From a virus (taxonomy: Duplodnaviria; Caudoviricetes), in IMG/VR virus record IMGVR_UViG_2773857766_000003, positions 1 to 64,000 of that record: a stretch of 64,000 nt of DNA; one strand, 5' to 3'. The notes below the pieces were generated by a model. The model had not been told where the DNA came from. It did not search any database and was given only the letters and a program-made list of their open reading frames with translations. The translations under genes were made by a program, and so were the position numbers. Shown one piece after another: positions 17,591-28,400 of this stretch (positions within the stretch are counted from its first letter, which is position 1; every line of letters starts with the position of its first letter).

Positions 17591-17675
17591 TTTCAAACTC
17601 CAGAAAAAAATCGGTGTTCCGGGGAATCCGGTTTGCACCCATCAACCCCGCACGCGAGGCTGATAGTTGCATTGG

Positions 17676-17888
17676 TCAGGCCTTGGAAATCAGCTTGATC
17701 GCGAGGCTGATGCAGTAGCCGAGGAACCACCACAGGACCACGCTGCCGGCGCCAAACACGTATGCCGCAGCCACCACCTCGGGTGTGAGGCCCAGGGCGG
17801 CGAAGTCCTCCGCCTGGGTGAAGCTCAGCAAGGCTTGCTGATCGGGCGGGCACGGCGCCTGTGCGACGTTGCAAACGAGGATGTGCAT
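17676..17888 (-). CDS. Minor coat protein (pVII/pIX-like)
   Basis: Homolog of 5861..6073 (LVC..PCP.DQ..LGLTPE). Confidence 0.75.
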   Translation of the reverse strand: MHILVCNVAQAPCPPDQQALLSFTQAEDFAALGLTPEVVAAAYVFGAGSVVLWWFLGYCISLAIKLISKA

Positions 17889-17890
17889 GG

Positions 17891-18037
17891 TCAGCCGGTG
17901 AAGTCGTCCAACATGCCGCCAGAGCCGCAGTCAGGGCAGACGAGCCAGTCCTCGCCGCCCGCGCTGTCGTCGCCATCGAAAAATTCATCCAGCGGGCCTT
18001 TGTGGTCGCAATGCGGGCATTCCGCCTGATCATCCAT
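17891..18037 (-). CDS. 48-aa acidic zinc-ribbon protein
   Basis: GGAGG RBS; CPHC...DWLVCPDCGSGGM; homolog of 5721..5858. Confidence 0.8.
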   Translation of the reverse strand: MDDQAECPHCDHKGPLDEFFDGDDSAGGEDWLVCPDCGSGGMLDDFTG

Positions 18038-18104
18038 GGGTACCTCCCTCTGCCGTGCAAATGCACTCGGAGGCCCTCCCGGGCGGGAGGGCAACCGGCT
18101 GCAC

Positions 18105-18413
18105 TCAGGCGGCACGGGGAGCGGCTGCAGGCTGCTGCGCAGCAGCCTTGACGGGCACCACGGACACGATCTCCTGGCGGCGTTGGCCGTAGCGCATAAC
18201 GTCCTGCATTTCGAGCTCGCAGACGACGGGGAGCTCGATGCCATCGAGCTTGCGCAGCACCACAGGTTCGCATTGGTACTCACTGCCCATGAGGCCGCGT
18301 GCCCCCTTCCCCACGATGGGGAGCGCGCAGAACAGCTTGCCGATGGCATAGGGCTGCCCTGTCTTCTTGCTGACGCCCTCGGAAATCTCGATACCGATCA
18401 CATGTGCTTTCAT
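18105..18413 (-). CDS. Single-stranded DNA-binding protein (pV-like)
   Basis: GVSKKTGQPY hairpin motif; follows rep. Confidence 0.8.
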   Translation of the reverse strand: MKAHVIGIEISEGVSKKTGQPYAIGKLFCALPIVGKGARGLMGSEYQCEPVVLRKLDGIELPVVCELEMQDVMRYGQRRQEIVSVVPVKAAAQQPAAAPRAA

Positions 18414-19435
18414 GGCCTTTTCTCCTGTGATGCGACAGACGACGCCGCGATGAATCCGGCCAGGGTGGCCTTTTCCAGTCGTCTTGGGACGCCTGGCCGG
18501 TCAAATAAGTCGAGGATTTGGTCAGCGGGCACGTGGCCGCGCATGACGTGCACGAGCTTTCCGTAGCCGACGCTGGCGTGGTGGACCATCGTTTCGAGGC
18601 TGAGCTCGCCTTCCTTCTGGTGGGTGGCGATGCGCTCGCCAGCGGCAGGCAGCAGGCGCTGCAGGCACTCGTAGGCGCCGACGAAGTACTCATCACAGCG
18701 GGTGAGCACGTCGAGCGGCACGTCGCGATCCTTGTTGCGGATTTCGACCTCGAAGCGCGTCCACTTGTCGCCGCTACCTGGTGCGAGCTGGAGGCCCTTT
18801 TCGTAGGCGCGGAGCATCTTTCCGTTCTCGCGGCGGCCAATCTCCAGCGTGCGGCCGTAGAACGGTTCGGGTGACAGCCAGTCGCCGGGTGTGCTGTGGC
18901 GCGGCGGGCGGCCCTCGCCGGCGGTGAACTCGCCGGCCTCCATCCAGGCCCGGGCGTCCTCGACGGTGAACTCGCCATTGAGGCAATCGACGGCCAAGTC
19001 AACGCGCGTGATCGTCGTTTCCCACTGGCGGCCCAGCCACTCCTGCATGCCCTGCCAGTCGCTGATGCGGCTGCAGGCAGTGCCGGAGAGGTCCAGGCGC
19101 GCACGGCCACGCATGCGCTCACCGCCCCAGTCGAGGAGCGCCACCTGGTGGCGTGCGCCATCGTCCAGGCGGACGTACAGGCGGGCTCCCTCGGCGAAAC
19201 CGAAATGGCCACGGCCAGCCTCGGCCTCCACCTTGAGCCCGAAGCCATGGAGCAGGTCCAGAACCGTCGCCACGACGTGTTCGTCGGGCTCGGGCTTCCA
19301 CGTCGCGGTCAACCAATCGACCTTCGCGCGCTGCTTGGAGGTTTCCCCTAGTGTTACAGCACTAGGGGACGGGGCGGCGCGCAGCGCCTCCCCGCTGCGC
19401 GGGGCCCCTCCGCGCGCCGCCATGCGGCCGCTCAT
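18410..19435 (-). CDS. Rep_trans-family replication initiator
   Basis: VDWLTAT, TRVDLAVD, AYEKG, WTRFEVE; start at ATGA overlap 19435. Confidence 0.92.
   Translation of the reverse strand: MSGRMAARGGAPRSGEALRAAPSPSAVTLGETSKQRAKVDWLTATWKPEPDEHVVATVLDLLHGFGLKVEAEAGRGHFGFAEGARLYVRLDDGARHQVALLDWGGERMRGRARLDLSGTACSRISDWQGMQEWLGRQWETTITRVDLAVDCLNGEFTVEDARAWMEAGEFTAGEGRPPRHSTPGDWLSPEPFYGRTLEIGRRENGKMLRAYEKGLQLAPGSGDKWTRFEVEIRNKDRDVPLDVLTRCDEYFVGAYECLQRLLPAAGERIATHQKEGELSLETMVHHASVGYGKLVHVMRGHVPADQILDLFDRPGVPRRLEKATLAGFIAASSVASQEKRP
19344..19420 (-). promoter_or_regulatory. Putative rolling-circle origin hairpins of inovirus 2
   Basis: Perfect TCCCCTAGTG/CACTAGGGGA stem at 19344-19369 (loop CTGTAA on the minus strand) plus a branched hairpin at 19374-19420. 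Confidence 0.65.
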
Positions 19436-19644
19436 CGGGTGGCCTCCACGGTGGCGGTAAAAGGCGTGTCCCAGCGGACAGTGCAGCCGCTCTTGCGCAG
19501 CTGTGCGACGTAGCCTTCGAAGGCCTGCAGGGACGTGAAGCGCTTGATGCGGTGGCCGTGGGCCAGCATGCCCGGCGGGCATGCAATCTCGTAGCTCTTG
19601 GGCATGTGGATAAGGGCCGAGCCGGCCATGGGTGCGGTGCTCAT
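19432..19644 (-). CDS. Hypothetical protein
   Basis: ATGA-coupled to both neighbours. Confidence 0.6.
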   Translation of the reverse strand: MSTAPMAGSALIHMPKSYEIACPPGMLAHGHRIKRFTSLQAFEGYVAQLRKSGCTVRWDTPFTATVEATR

Positions 19645-20111
19645 GCGCGACGATCCCCAGGACGGGGAGGCATGCCATTGGCGCGGCGGCGGAACGCTGC
19701 GGCGCGCAGCAGATCAGGATCGCCAGAGGCTTCCTCGTTGGTGATCAACTGCTCCACCATCAGGCGGCGATGCTTGGCAACCGTCATCGGCTTGCCTTCG
19801 TACATCTCCCCCACAGCGGGGAACACGCGGTCATCGACCAGGCGCGGCTCCAGGTCCTGCGCCTGGCTCTCCAGCAGATCGCGCTGACGGGCCAGGAACG
19901 CGAGCTGGGCCTCGCCGGGCTTGCGCTGCAGCTTGTGGCTATTGCAGATGCCGCCGCTGGTCACTTCGAGCTGGTGCAGCGTGCAGGCCGTGCGCGGGGC
20001 GATGATGGGCGAGTCATGGCGCGTCACCTCGAAGTGCGCGCAGTTGCGGCAGCCTGGCCGCTCTCCCGGGGTCTGGTAGCCAACCTGGTGGTGCTTGGCG
20101 ACGAGCCTCAT
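19641..20111 (-). CDS. Hypothetical protein with Cys cluster (CRNC..C..C)
   Basis: ATGA-coupled; possible metal-binding motif. Confidence 0.6.
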   Translation of the reverse strand: MRLVAKHHQVGYQTPGERPGCRNCAHFEVTRHDSPIIAPRTACTLHQLEVTSGGICNSHKLQRKPGEAQLAFLARQRDLLESQAQDLEPRLVDDRVFPAVGEMYEGKPMTVAKHRRLMVEQLITNEEASGDPDLLRAAAFRRRANGMPPRPGDRRA

Positions 20112-20647
20112 GCTTCACCCCAGCCATTACCATGTTCCCCTTTTTGGGGAGGGATAAAAATGGGGTTACTTGCCTTCGGATTGCTGTTGCCGCTTGCCGC
20201 TGCAATAGCTGGATTAATGCTGACGTATTGGGTGCTGTACGCAGCGATCAAAAACGGCATGACAGCAGCCTTGAGCACCATCAGGTACCCAACGCAGCGG
20301 CCACTTGGTGCAATGGCGACGCCATCGCGAGAAGCGCCACCTGGCTTCCGTTGGGTCCTGGTGCCGTCGGACGCAATGCCCGAAGCTGCAGTGCCAATGC
20401 AAGACATAAGAGCCGACAGGTGAATGCCCGCCCCCTGCCCGGCACCGGCCGCAGCCGCCAAGCTTTGAGCCGGTGCCGTTGGTGGCAGGGGTGGGCAAAC
20501 CAGGGTCAGGCTGGAGACGTGGCGGTAGCCGTACCAGGAGCCGTCGGCGGCCTGCAGTGCGGCTACGTTGCCCTCCAGGGCGCGGACTGTGAGCTCGATT
20601 TGGTCGGCGGTCAGGACGACGGCGCCGGGGGTGATTTGGTGGTGCAT
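20108..20647 (-). CDS. First early-operon ORF (3' half overlaps an antisense gene)
   Basis: Divergent from the repressor; stop overlaps the next ATG. Confidence 0.45.
   Translation of the reverse strand: MHHQITPGAVVLTADQIELTVRALEGNVAALQAADGSWYGYRHVSSLTLVCPPLPPTAPAQSLAAAAGAGQGAGIHLSALMSCIGTAASGIASDGTRTQRKPGGASRDGVAIAPSGRCVGYLMVLKAAVMPFLIAAYSTQYVSINPAIAAASGNSNPKASNPIFIPPQKGEHGNGWGEA
20160..20423 (+). CDS. 87-aa single-TM protein nested antisense in 20108..20647
   Basis: GGAGG RBS; MGLLAFGLLLPLAAAIAGLMLTYWVLYAAIKNG; lower GC than flanks. Confidence 0.65.
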   Translation: MGLLAFGLLLPLAAAIAGLMLTYWVLYAAIKNGMTAALSTIRYPTQRPLGAMATPSREAPPGFRWVLVPSDAMPEAAVPMQDIRADR

Positions 20648-20731
20648 GGCGGCTGCTTAAAATTAGCAATCCGCTACCGGATGCAGATTGCAACCGGAAT
20701 GTAACCTTACCTATTGCAATTTGCAACCACC

Positions 20732-21064
20732 ATGACCCTCGAAGAACTCTCCGACCTGATCGAGCGAGCATCAACTGCAGCCGGCAGCCAACGCAAATTG
20801 GCGGCCATGCTCGACACCACGGGGCCGACATTGATCCAAATGAAACAGGGGAAAAGGCCTGCGAACTGGCGTGTCCGGGGCAAGCTCCGCGCAATCCTGG
20901 GTGAAGACCCAGCGCACGCGTTCGTCGCGGCCATGGCGGAGGACTTAGCCATGTCCGAACATGAGGACGAAAAAAAAGCCGCCGATGGCCTTGAGGCCAT
21001 GCTGGCAGCTTTTCCTGATTGGCGGAAACGGAGGGATTCGAACCCTAGCGACCCCGAATCCTAG
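20732..21064 (+). CDS. Inovirus HTH repressor whose C-terminus runs across the att site
   Basis: LIERASTAAGSQRKLAAML..KQGKRP resembles 1703..2005; WRKRRDSNP is the translated tRNA complement. Confidence 0.85.
   Translation: MTLEELSDLIERASTAAGSQRKLAAMLDTTGPTLIQMKQGKRPANWRVRGKLRAILGEDPAHAFVAAMAEDLAMSEHEDEKKAADGLEAMLAAFPDWRKRRDSNPSDPES
21020..21046 (-). other. tRNA (probably Ser) 3'-end fragment; attachment site
   Basis: Reverse complement AGGGTTCGAATCCCTCCGTTTCCGCCA gives T-arm, acceptor 3' strand, G discriminator and CCA. The rest of the tRNA is absent. Confidence 0.85.
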
Positions 21065-21113
21065 CGTACCGCAGCGTAGCTCCTAGAGGGATAGGGCTAC
21101 GCCTGGGTACGCT
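21063..21113. repeat. Imperfect inverted repeat next to att (possible integrase arm sites or terminator)
   Basis: AGCGTACC..GCGTAGCTCCTA / TAGGGCTACGC..GGTACGCT. Confidence 0.6.
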
Positions 21114-21122
21114 GTAATTCGC

Positions 21123-21401
21123 TCATTTTGGGGCAGATTTAGGGATGGCTCCCAGCCCCGACCCCGCCCGCAGGCGGGGGGCTACCCAGTACACCCAGAA
21201 GCCCCGGACCCACGCCAGGGCGTACAAGACCGACACCGCGAAGACGCCCCACTGGTCGGCGTGCCAGGACGCCCAGAACCAGAACGGCTGTCCCACGATG
21301 CCGAAGATGCAAGCCCACCGGCGGGCCGCTTCCGTGCTGGCCTGCGACAGGAACGCGGCCGCAGCGCCGAGCAAGGCGATTGCAATCTGGTCGATGGTCA
21401 T
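21123..21401 (-). CDS. Small multi-TM phage membrane protein
   Basis: Three hydrophobic segments, GQPFW motif. Confidence 0.7.
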   Translation of the reverse strand: MTIDQIAIALLGAAAAFLSQASTEAARRWACIFGIVGQPFWFWASWHADQWGVFAVSVLYALAWVRGFWVYWVAPRLRAGSGLGAIPKSAPK

Positions 21402-21434
21402 GAATGGATGATACTGGACAAACATCCAGCATCA

Positions 21435-21830
21435 TCAACCCCACCAGCCAGCCCCGACCACCGAGAAGAAGATGCCCGGGATGAATAGAAGGCGGAACAG
21501 CCCATCTCGGGCTATTTCATCTGGAAGGGAGCCATCCCAGGAGCCCATCCGCTCTTGGATCGCGAGCCATGTCCCCCACCCGGCGAGCCATATTCCGATG
21601 ACGGAGCACAGTTTTCCCACGTCCAGGGGAAATGATGGATGCGCCTTGCCTGCAGCGAACAGTGCGCACCATCCCAGAGCAGCCATCAACGCAACCCATC
21701 CTGCGCTCTTCCAGAGGTCAACGAACACAGCGCGTGAGCGTGCCACCTGTTTCGGGTTCTCATGTGCGCGGACGGACTGCATCCAGAAGGCATGCTGGAG
21801 AGCCTGGGCGAACATTCCGGAATTCTTCAT
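21435..21830 (-). CDS. Hypothetical membrane protein
   Basis: Three hydrophobic segments, lower GC. Confidence 0.6.
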   Translation of the reverse strand: MKNSGMFAQALQHAFWMQSVRAHENPKQVARSRAVFVDLWKSAGWVALMAALGWCALFAAGKAHPSFPLDVGKLCSVIGIWLAGWGTWLAIQERMGSWDGSLPDEIARDGLFRLLFIPGIFFSVVGAGWWG

Positions 21831-21837
21831 GCCGCCC

Positions 21838-22098
21838 TCAGAACTGTGATGCCACGCTCAGCAGCTTCAGCGCCAGCGTTTCGGCATCGTGCCGCATGGC
21901 GGTCAGGGTGGTGGTGCCGATGCAGATGGCGCCGTACCAAATGTGGAAGCCCCGGGCGCCGTACCCACGGGCGGCCGCTTCCCGGATGGCGCCTGCGATG
22001 GTCGTTGCCGTGAACTCGTCCACTTCTGTGCCGCCGTCCTCAATGTGCACGTCGTAGATGCCGGAGCCAGCCTTGACGATATTGAGGGATGGGATCAT
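21838..22098 (-). CDS. Hypothetical protein
   Basis: ATGA-coupled to 22095..22340. Confidence 0.6.
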   Translation of the reverse strand: MIPSLNIVKAGSGIYDVHIEDGGTEVDEFTATTIAGAIREAAARGYGARGFHIWYGAICIGTTTLTAMRHDAETLALKLLSVASQF

Positions 22099-22340
22099 TC
22101 GGCATCCTCGGCGGGGGCTTCCACCTCCTCCACACTGGTGATGGCGAAGCCTAACTCTGCAAGCCGCTCGACACGGGTTGCGCCGCGTCGTCCGTCCGGA
22201 GTCAGGTCTTGCGACCGCTGCGCTTGCTCAATAAGCCGCTGGGCCACGTCTTCGACGGTCCATTCCTCTTCGACGGGATGAGAAAACTCCAGCATGGCGC
22301 CGTCGGCGCGCATCGCGGTGTACACCTTGATCTTCGGCAT
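22095..22340 (-). CDS. Hypothetical protein
   Basis: AGGAGG RBS. Confidence 0.65.
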   Translation of the reverse strand: MPKIKVYTAMRADGAMLEFSHPVEEEWTVEDVAQRLIEQAQRSQDLTPDGRRGATRVERLAELGFAITSVEEVEAPAEDAE

Positions 22341-22372
22341 GTGCCCTCCTGTTGTGCCCAGAAGGATAGCTC

Positions 22373-22397
22373 AGCGGCAGGCACTATGCCTGCCGCT
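22373..22397 (-). terminator. Hairpin after the giant gene
   Basis: Perfect 11-bp stem AGCGGCAGGCA-CTA-TGCCTGCCGCT; weak T tract. Confidence 0.55.
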
Positions 22398-22400
22398 CCA

Positions 22401-25400
22401 TCACCGGCCGCGTTGCTCGGCCAGCACATCCTCCACGGCCTTGTTGAGCAGGTACATGCTGCGCTCGATTTCGGCATTCACCTCCTTCACGAGCTCGCGC
22501 TTGTTCGGGTCGCTGCCGGCCTGGATCTGCCGCCGCATCTTCACCAGGTCGGACACGCGCTTATCCAGCGCGCTGGCCGCCCCGTCCACGCGGGCCAGCG
22601 GCACGTCCAGCAGCACGGCCTCGGCCTCCTCACCTCTCGCCACGCGCCCCCTGGCCTCGGCCATGCTGGTGTTCACCCGCTTCAGGTTCTCGTAGTAGGA
22701 CGTGCTCTGGCCGTTCACGCCGCGGGTGTTGCCGTAAAACCGCCCCGCCAGGGTGATCTGATGCGGCGCCAGTTCCTCGCCCGTCACGGCGGCCGTCACC
22801 ATGTTGCCGGCCTTGGTCAGCTCGCGGCCCACGCCTCCGGTGAACTGCCCGAACAGGTACTCCAGCGCGTCCGGGTTGGGGCTCCACTTCCCGGGCTGCC
22901 ATTCGTTGCCGCCGGTGGCATCGTTGATGAGCCGGGCCACCCACCGCGCGGGAGGCGTCACCGAATCCTTGCCCATGGCGTGCCCGGGCTTCGGATCGAG
23001 CCCGCTGCGCTGCTCCTTGTAGATCTGCCGGCCGGTCCAGTCCTTGTTCTCCATCAGCGCCACCACCGGATCGAAGGGCGTGGGCGCCAGCATCTGCATG
23101 ATGTTGTCGGCCCCGCCGAGCGGGTTATAGGCGTTCAGGGCGATCATGGCCATGTCCGCCAGGTGACCGGCGCGGCTCTTCGTCGGATCGTCATGCATGC
23201 CGAACTCCACCAGCTTGCGGCCGATGTTCGGGAAGACGTGGAACCCCAGCGGCATGGGGATCGCCACGTAGTCCTGACGCGACAGCGGGATGATGATGCT
23301 GCGCTCCTTCACGAAGTCGGGGATCTTCTTCCACTCGTCGTCGGCTCCGCCGCCGCCCATGATGAGCGCGCCCGCCAGCCCCGACAGCATGCCCAGGGCG
23401 ACCCCGCCGGCCATGACCTTCCGCCCGGCGGGCCCGGCCAGGGTTTCCAGCATGCGCACGTTGCCCTGGATGGCGGCGTTCAGGAACGCGTAGTAGCTGC
23501 CCACCACGGACGTGTTCCGCCCTTTCCGGTTGAAGTTCACCGTGATGTTCTTGGCAAGGCTGGCCGCGGCCTCGCGCGACTGGCCGGCGTCCAGCGCAGC
23601 CTTGTAAGTCGCCAGGCGCGTGGAGGCCTCCAGCGTCTCATTGAAGTCGGACAGCCACTCCCCCACGCCGCGCACCATGGCCTTCGCGCCACCCTCGCCC
23701 TGCCGCTCGAGCGCCTTGCGCAGGGCCGCCGCGCGGTCCTCGGGCTTGGTGTAGAGGTCGCGATAGCCAGTAGTGCCGCCGTCCAGCTGCAGCTGCTCCC
23801 AGAGCCGGGCCCACGGCCCCTGCCCCGCCCCACTTTCGCGGCGCTCTCGCCGGAGATCCCGGTAGATGTCAAGCATGTTGCTGCGGATGTTCTTGAACAC
23901 CTCGCGCTGCCGGCCCGCCAACGGGGTGGACGACAGCTGCAGCAGCGAACCCTGCACGTCGCGCGCCAGGTTAAGCACGCCGAAAATCGGGTTGTACTGG
24001 GTGTTTACCGCCGCGAACCATCGCGTGAGGTGCCCCATCGTGCGGGTAAAGCGGTCCAGTTCCGTGGCGTCCAGGTTCTTCATGGCGAGCGCCAGGCGGG
24101 CCGCCCGCTCGTTGCGCTCGTTGAAGATGATGTGCTTGTCCTTGCCCCCGATGCGCAGCGTCAGCACGTTGTCGCGCAGGCGCGCCCCGATGTCCGGCAT
24201 GGTGCGCACCAGCCCCGTATCCGGGTCGATGGCCTTTTTCTTGGGCAGCTCCAGGGACCACAGGCTCTCGTCGGGGTTCTGCGCCGCGAGCACGTAGAGG
24301 CGCTTCATCACGTTGTTCTTCTCGCCGCGGGTCAGCGCCGCCTCGCGCTGCATCACCAGGTGGCTCAGGATGTTCGTCACCTTCTCGTTGGAGCCGGTGC
24401 GCCGCTTCGATGCGTCGCCCTTCGTCGAAAAGCCCTGCCCGATCGGATGAGCCTTGCTGTCCGGCCGGGCCTCGTCGCGGTGCAGCGGGACGTAGTGCTG
24501 GTAGGTCTTGCGCCAGGCCTCGATCGACAGGCGATCCATCAGGCCGTACTGCTCGAGCGTCTGCAGCGTGATGTTGTTCATCCGATCCACCCGGGTGGCC
24601 AAGGCGTCCATCACCTTGCGCTGCTCCGGGCTGTAGCCCCCCATGACGTTCTTGGCCTCGGCGTCGCTCATGCCGGACAGGGACAGGCGGTCCTCCTCCG
24701 TGCCCTTGAACGCTTCGGCGCTGTTCCAGCGGTCAGCCTCGGCCATGGCGAGCCCCAGCGAACGCTGGATGCCGCTGATGACCGAGCCGGACGCCCGGGC
24801 GTGCTGCAACTGCCGGCGCAGGTCCGCCACGGTCTTGGCGGCGTCGGCGCGCTTCTGGTCCAGCTCCTGCTTACTCGGGTTGCGCTCGGCCAGCACGCGG
24901 TTCGCCTCCGGAGCGTGCCGCGCGTGCAGGAAGCGCTCGAATTCCTCCATGCCCACCTTCGCGTCGTTCATGGCGGCCAGCAGCGGCCGCACCTCGTCGC
25001 GCAGGAAGTTGGCCGTGCGCTTCGCCACGCGCTTGTGGTACAGCTCCTCGCCGCGGTAGGCGTCGTTCGTCTCGCTGACGGTGCCGTTCAGAGCCTTGAT
25101 CTGGTCCTGGATGCGCTTCAGGTCGATGAACTTGTCCTGCCAGTTGTAGAGCCAGCTGTCCACCGCCTCGGGGCTGGTCAGCTGGCGCACGCGGTCCTGC
25201 AGGCGGGCCAGCAGCCCCTGCGCCGGCTGCGCTGCCTGTGCGGCACCGGCCGGCGCACGGCTGAACATTGCCGGGCCCGCCTGCTCCCCCTTGAACGCTT
25301 CCAGATCCTTTGCGTACAATACGCGCTGGACGAGGTTCGGTAAGCTATAACTGGTGCCAATTGCTTGCATCAGTCCTCTGGCTTCCTTGCCTCGTTTTTC

Positions 25401-28400
25401 TTTGGCGAAGCGCAACGCTTCCCGCATCTCCGCCTCGGAGATTCCCGCGATGGCACCCTCGCCAGCGTACATTGCCCCCCCTTCCCTCACCATGTCCAGG
25501 ATCGCGCGCGGCTGCTTCTCCGTGACGGTGGCCACCCAGTGGAAGCGCCCCTTCACCGAGCCCCGGTTGGGCTTGATGGCGATCACGAACGGCTGACCCT
25601 GCGGGTTGCTCATCGACGTGACGAAATTCAGGCTCGCGTCGCCGCGGCTGCCCTTGTTCCAAACCATGACCATGCGCGGGTTCGCCAGCTCGTCCAGGAT
25701 CTGCTTCATCTGCGACGGCTTCACGCCATGGTTGTAGAGCGCGTCCATGGCGTGCACACCGGCGTGCGCGGGCAGATCCGGCAGCCCCAACATCTTCATC
25801 ACCGCCGTGGACGATGGCAGCACCTCGTAGGTCTTCGTTTCGTCCAGCCCGCCACGGACGAACTGATCGACCAGCCCGGCCCACTTCGCCCGGGCCTGGG
25901 CCAGCGCGTCAGCTGGCAGGCTGAAGGCCAGGGCGGGCGCGCCGCCAGCGGCTGCCGGCGCTGCGTCTGCCTGGCGCCCGCGCTCGACCCAGCCCCGGGC
26001 CGGCAGGATGAAGTCCCGGACGATCTCGGCGTCCGTCATCCGCAAGTCGGCGAAGCCCGGGATGTGCGCCCGCGCCCAGCTGCGCACGGCGGCCACCGCG
26101 CGCTGCACGAAGCCCAGCTCCGGACGGGCCTGCGCCATCTCGGCCAGCACCTCCTCGGCCGCCTGCATCCGCTGGGCCCGGTCGCCGTAGTCCAGACCGT
26201 ACTCCGCCGCCTTGCGTCGCACCTCGGCGGGCCGCGCCTGGACGAGCTGCTGCAGCACCGCATCGAGCCCCGAGCCGAACACCCCGGCGAGCCCGTGGTG
26301 GCCTAGCGCCTCATGCATGAGCACGCGGGCCACGTCTTGGTCGCGCGGCAACTGCTCGGCCAGCAGGTACACCTTCCCGCCGAAGTAGAACCCCTCCGGC
26401 GAGCCCCCGGCGCCGCGGCTGCGCTGGCTCAGGTCGGCATCGCGCACCTGCTGCGGCACCTTCGGGTCGGCCATGTCGAACGCCACGACCACCTCGGGGC
26501 CGTTCGCCCACGCGGAGCGGATCGCAGCCGCGGCGGATTCCGTGCGGGCCACGGCCTGGGCCTTCGCCTCGTCGGGCACGGCCGGGGCCTCCTGCATCGT
26601 GCGCAGGAACGCGTCCACGTCGAAGTCATCGGCCGGCCCGGGCGCGCCGCGATCCTGCTGCACGTCCGGCAGGCGCATTTCGTGGCCGCCCACCACCACG
26701 ATGGCCTCGGCCGGCGACACGTCCATGTCGGCCTGCACGGGCCGTGCACGGCGTTCTGCCTCCGTGAGCCCCTGCCGTGCCTGCGTGGTGCGCGCTTCTA
26801 CCTCACCGGCGAGGGAGCGGTAGATGTCGTAGGGCGATCCGAACTCGAACTTCCGTTCCAGGGCCTCGGCTACCCGGGCCCGGCCCTCCTGCTCTCGCAG
26901 GGGCTCCAGCGCGGCGCGCGCCTTGTCGGCGTGCCGGCGCAGCGCGCCGATCATCCCTTTCATCGTGCGCTCGTCGGCCTTGAACGCTGCCAGGTTCTCA
27001 GGCGCGATGGTGCTTCGCAGCCACTTCTGCGCATCGAAGGCCATGTCCCGGATGTAGGCGTTGCGCTTTGCGCCGCTCTTGGGCATCCCGTAGAACCGCC
27101 GCTGCAGCTCGACCGCCACCGGGTCAAGCCAGTGCGTCGTGTTGTAGATCCACTGCATCTCGTTGCGGATGAGCCGGAACACGCCGCTGGGCTTGTCGCG
27201 CTCCGAGTAGGACAGCAGCCGCTCCATGGATTCGTACATGAGGGCATCGCGCACCACGGCGGCCGCCTTCTCAGCGTTCTCCATCAAGTCCGGGTGCTTC
27301 GCCTTCCACGCCTCCACCGCCCGCGCTTCGCCCTCGGCCATCTCGCGCAGGGTCTTGCGCACGCTGCTCGTGAAGTCGGCGTCCATGTTGCCGCCCAGCG
27401 CGAAGCCTTCACGGTACTGGATCGCGTGCTGGAGTTCATGCAGCAGCGTGGACAGCACCTCTCCTGGAGCGCGATCCGCGTTCAGCGTGACGGCCCGGTG
27501 GGTCTCGTCGTAGGAGCCGAACTCGCGGGCGTCTCGCCCCCTGCGGAAGTAAACCTTCAGCCCCCGCAGAAACGGATAGGCGGCGAACAGCGCCGGATGC
27601 CGCAGCACGTCGGTCAGCGCCTCCACCTGTCCATCCTTCACCTTCGCGATGTCGAACTCCACGCCGAAGCGGGCCCGCGCCACGCGGTCCACAAGGTTGG
27701 CCAGCGCCCCCTCTCGGGTGGTGCTGTAGGCCCGCAGCACGCCGTCGCCTTCGTCCAGCTGGGCGGTGTGCAGTTCGTCGTCCTGGGTGACGGTCGCCGC
27801 CTCGCGCACCTGGCGCTCCACCTCCACGAGATCCTCCGGCCGCGTCTCGGCCCGGCGGAATTCGGCGGTGTCATCGCTGATCTCGAAGCGCCAGCGGCCA
27901 TCCACGCCGCGGTGCCAGCCGGTTTCCTGCTGGATGACGGCGCTGGACATGCCGCTGCGCGCCATGGCCTCGGCGCGCTCCAGCTCGCCCAGGTCGGCGC
28001 TGCGTGCGTTCCTGCCGGCGAAGCTGAAGCGGATGTCCGGGTTCGACGGGTCGAACGTGCCGATGTTTCCAGTGGCCGACTTGACCTGAGCCTGTGCCAG
28101 CACCGCGAGCGATGCCCCACCGTTCGACTCGGCAAACCAGATCCCGTCGTACTGAACACCAGCACGGTCCAGCCACTTTCGCAGTTCCGGCTCCTGCTGC
28201 CAGACCGGCAGCGCTCCGCGCTCCGTCCCCGAGGTGGCCCACGATGCCGCGCCCGTCTCCTCGGCGTACTTGCGCCACAGCGCGAGGCCTTCCCCACGGG
28301 AAGCGTCGAAGGGCCGTTCAGCCTTGACGTACAGCGGATAGGTGGCACCGCCGGCCGCGTAGTGCTCGGCAAACGCAGGGTCTGGCGACAGGAAGATAAG

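Larger units (their letters stand above)
13200..21030. mobile_element. Filamentous (inovirus-like) prophage 2, opposite orientation
   Basis: Same module order as prophage 1 on the minus strand; right end at a tRNA-Ser 3' fragment. Confidence 0.92.

Noticed and set aside
21020-21046. Complete tRNA gene
   Set aside because: Only the T-arm and 3' acceptor strand are present.
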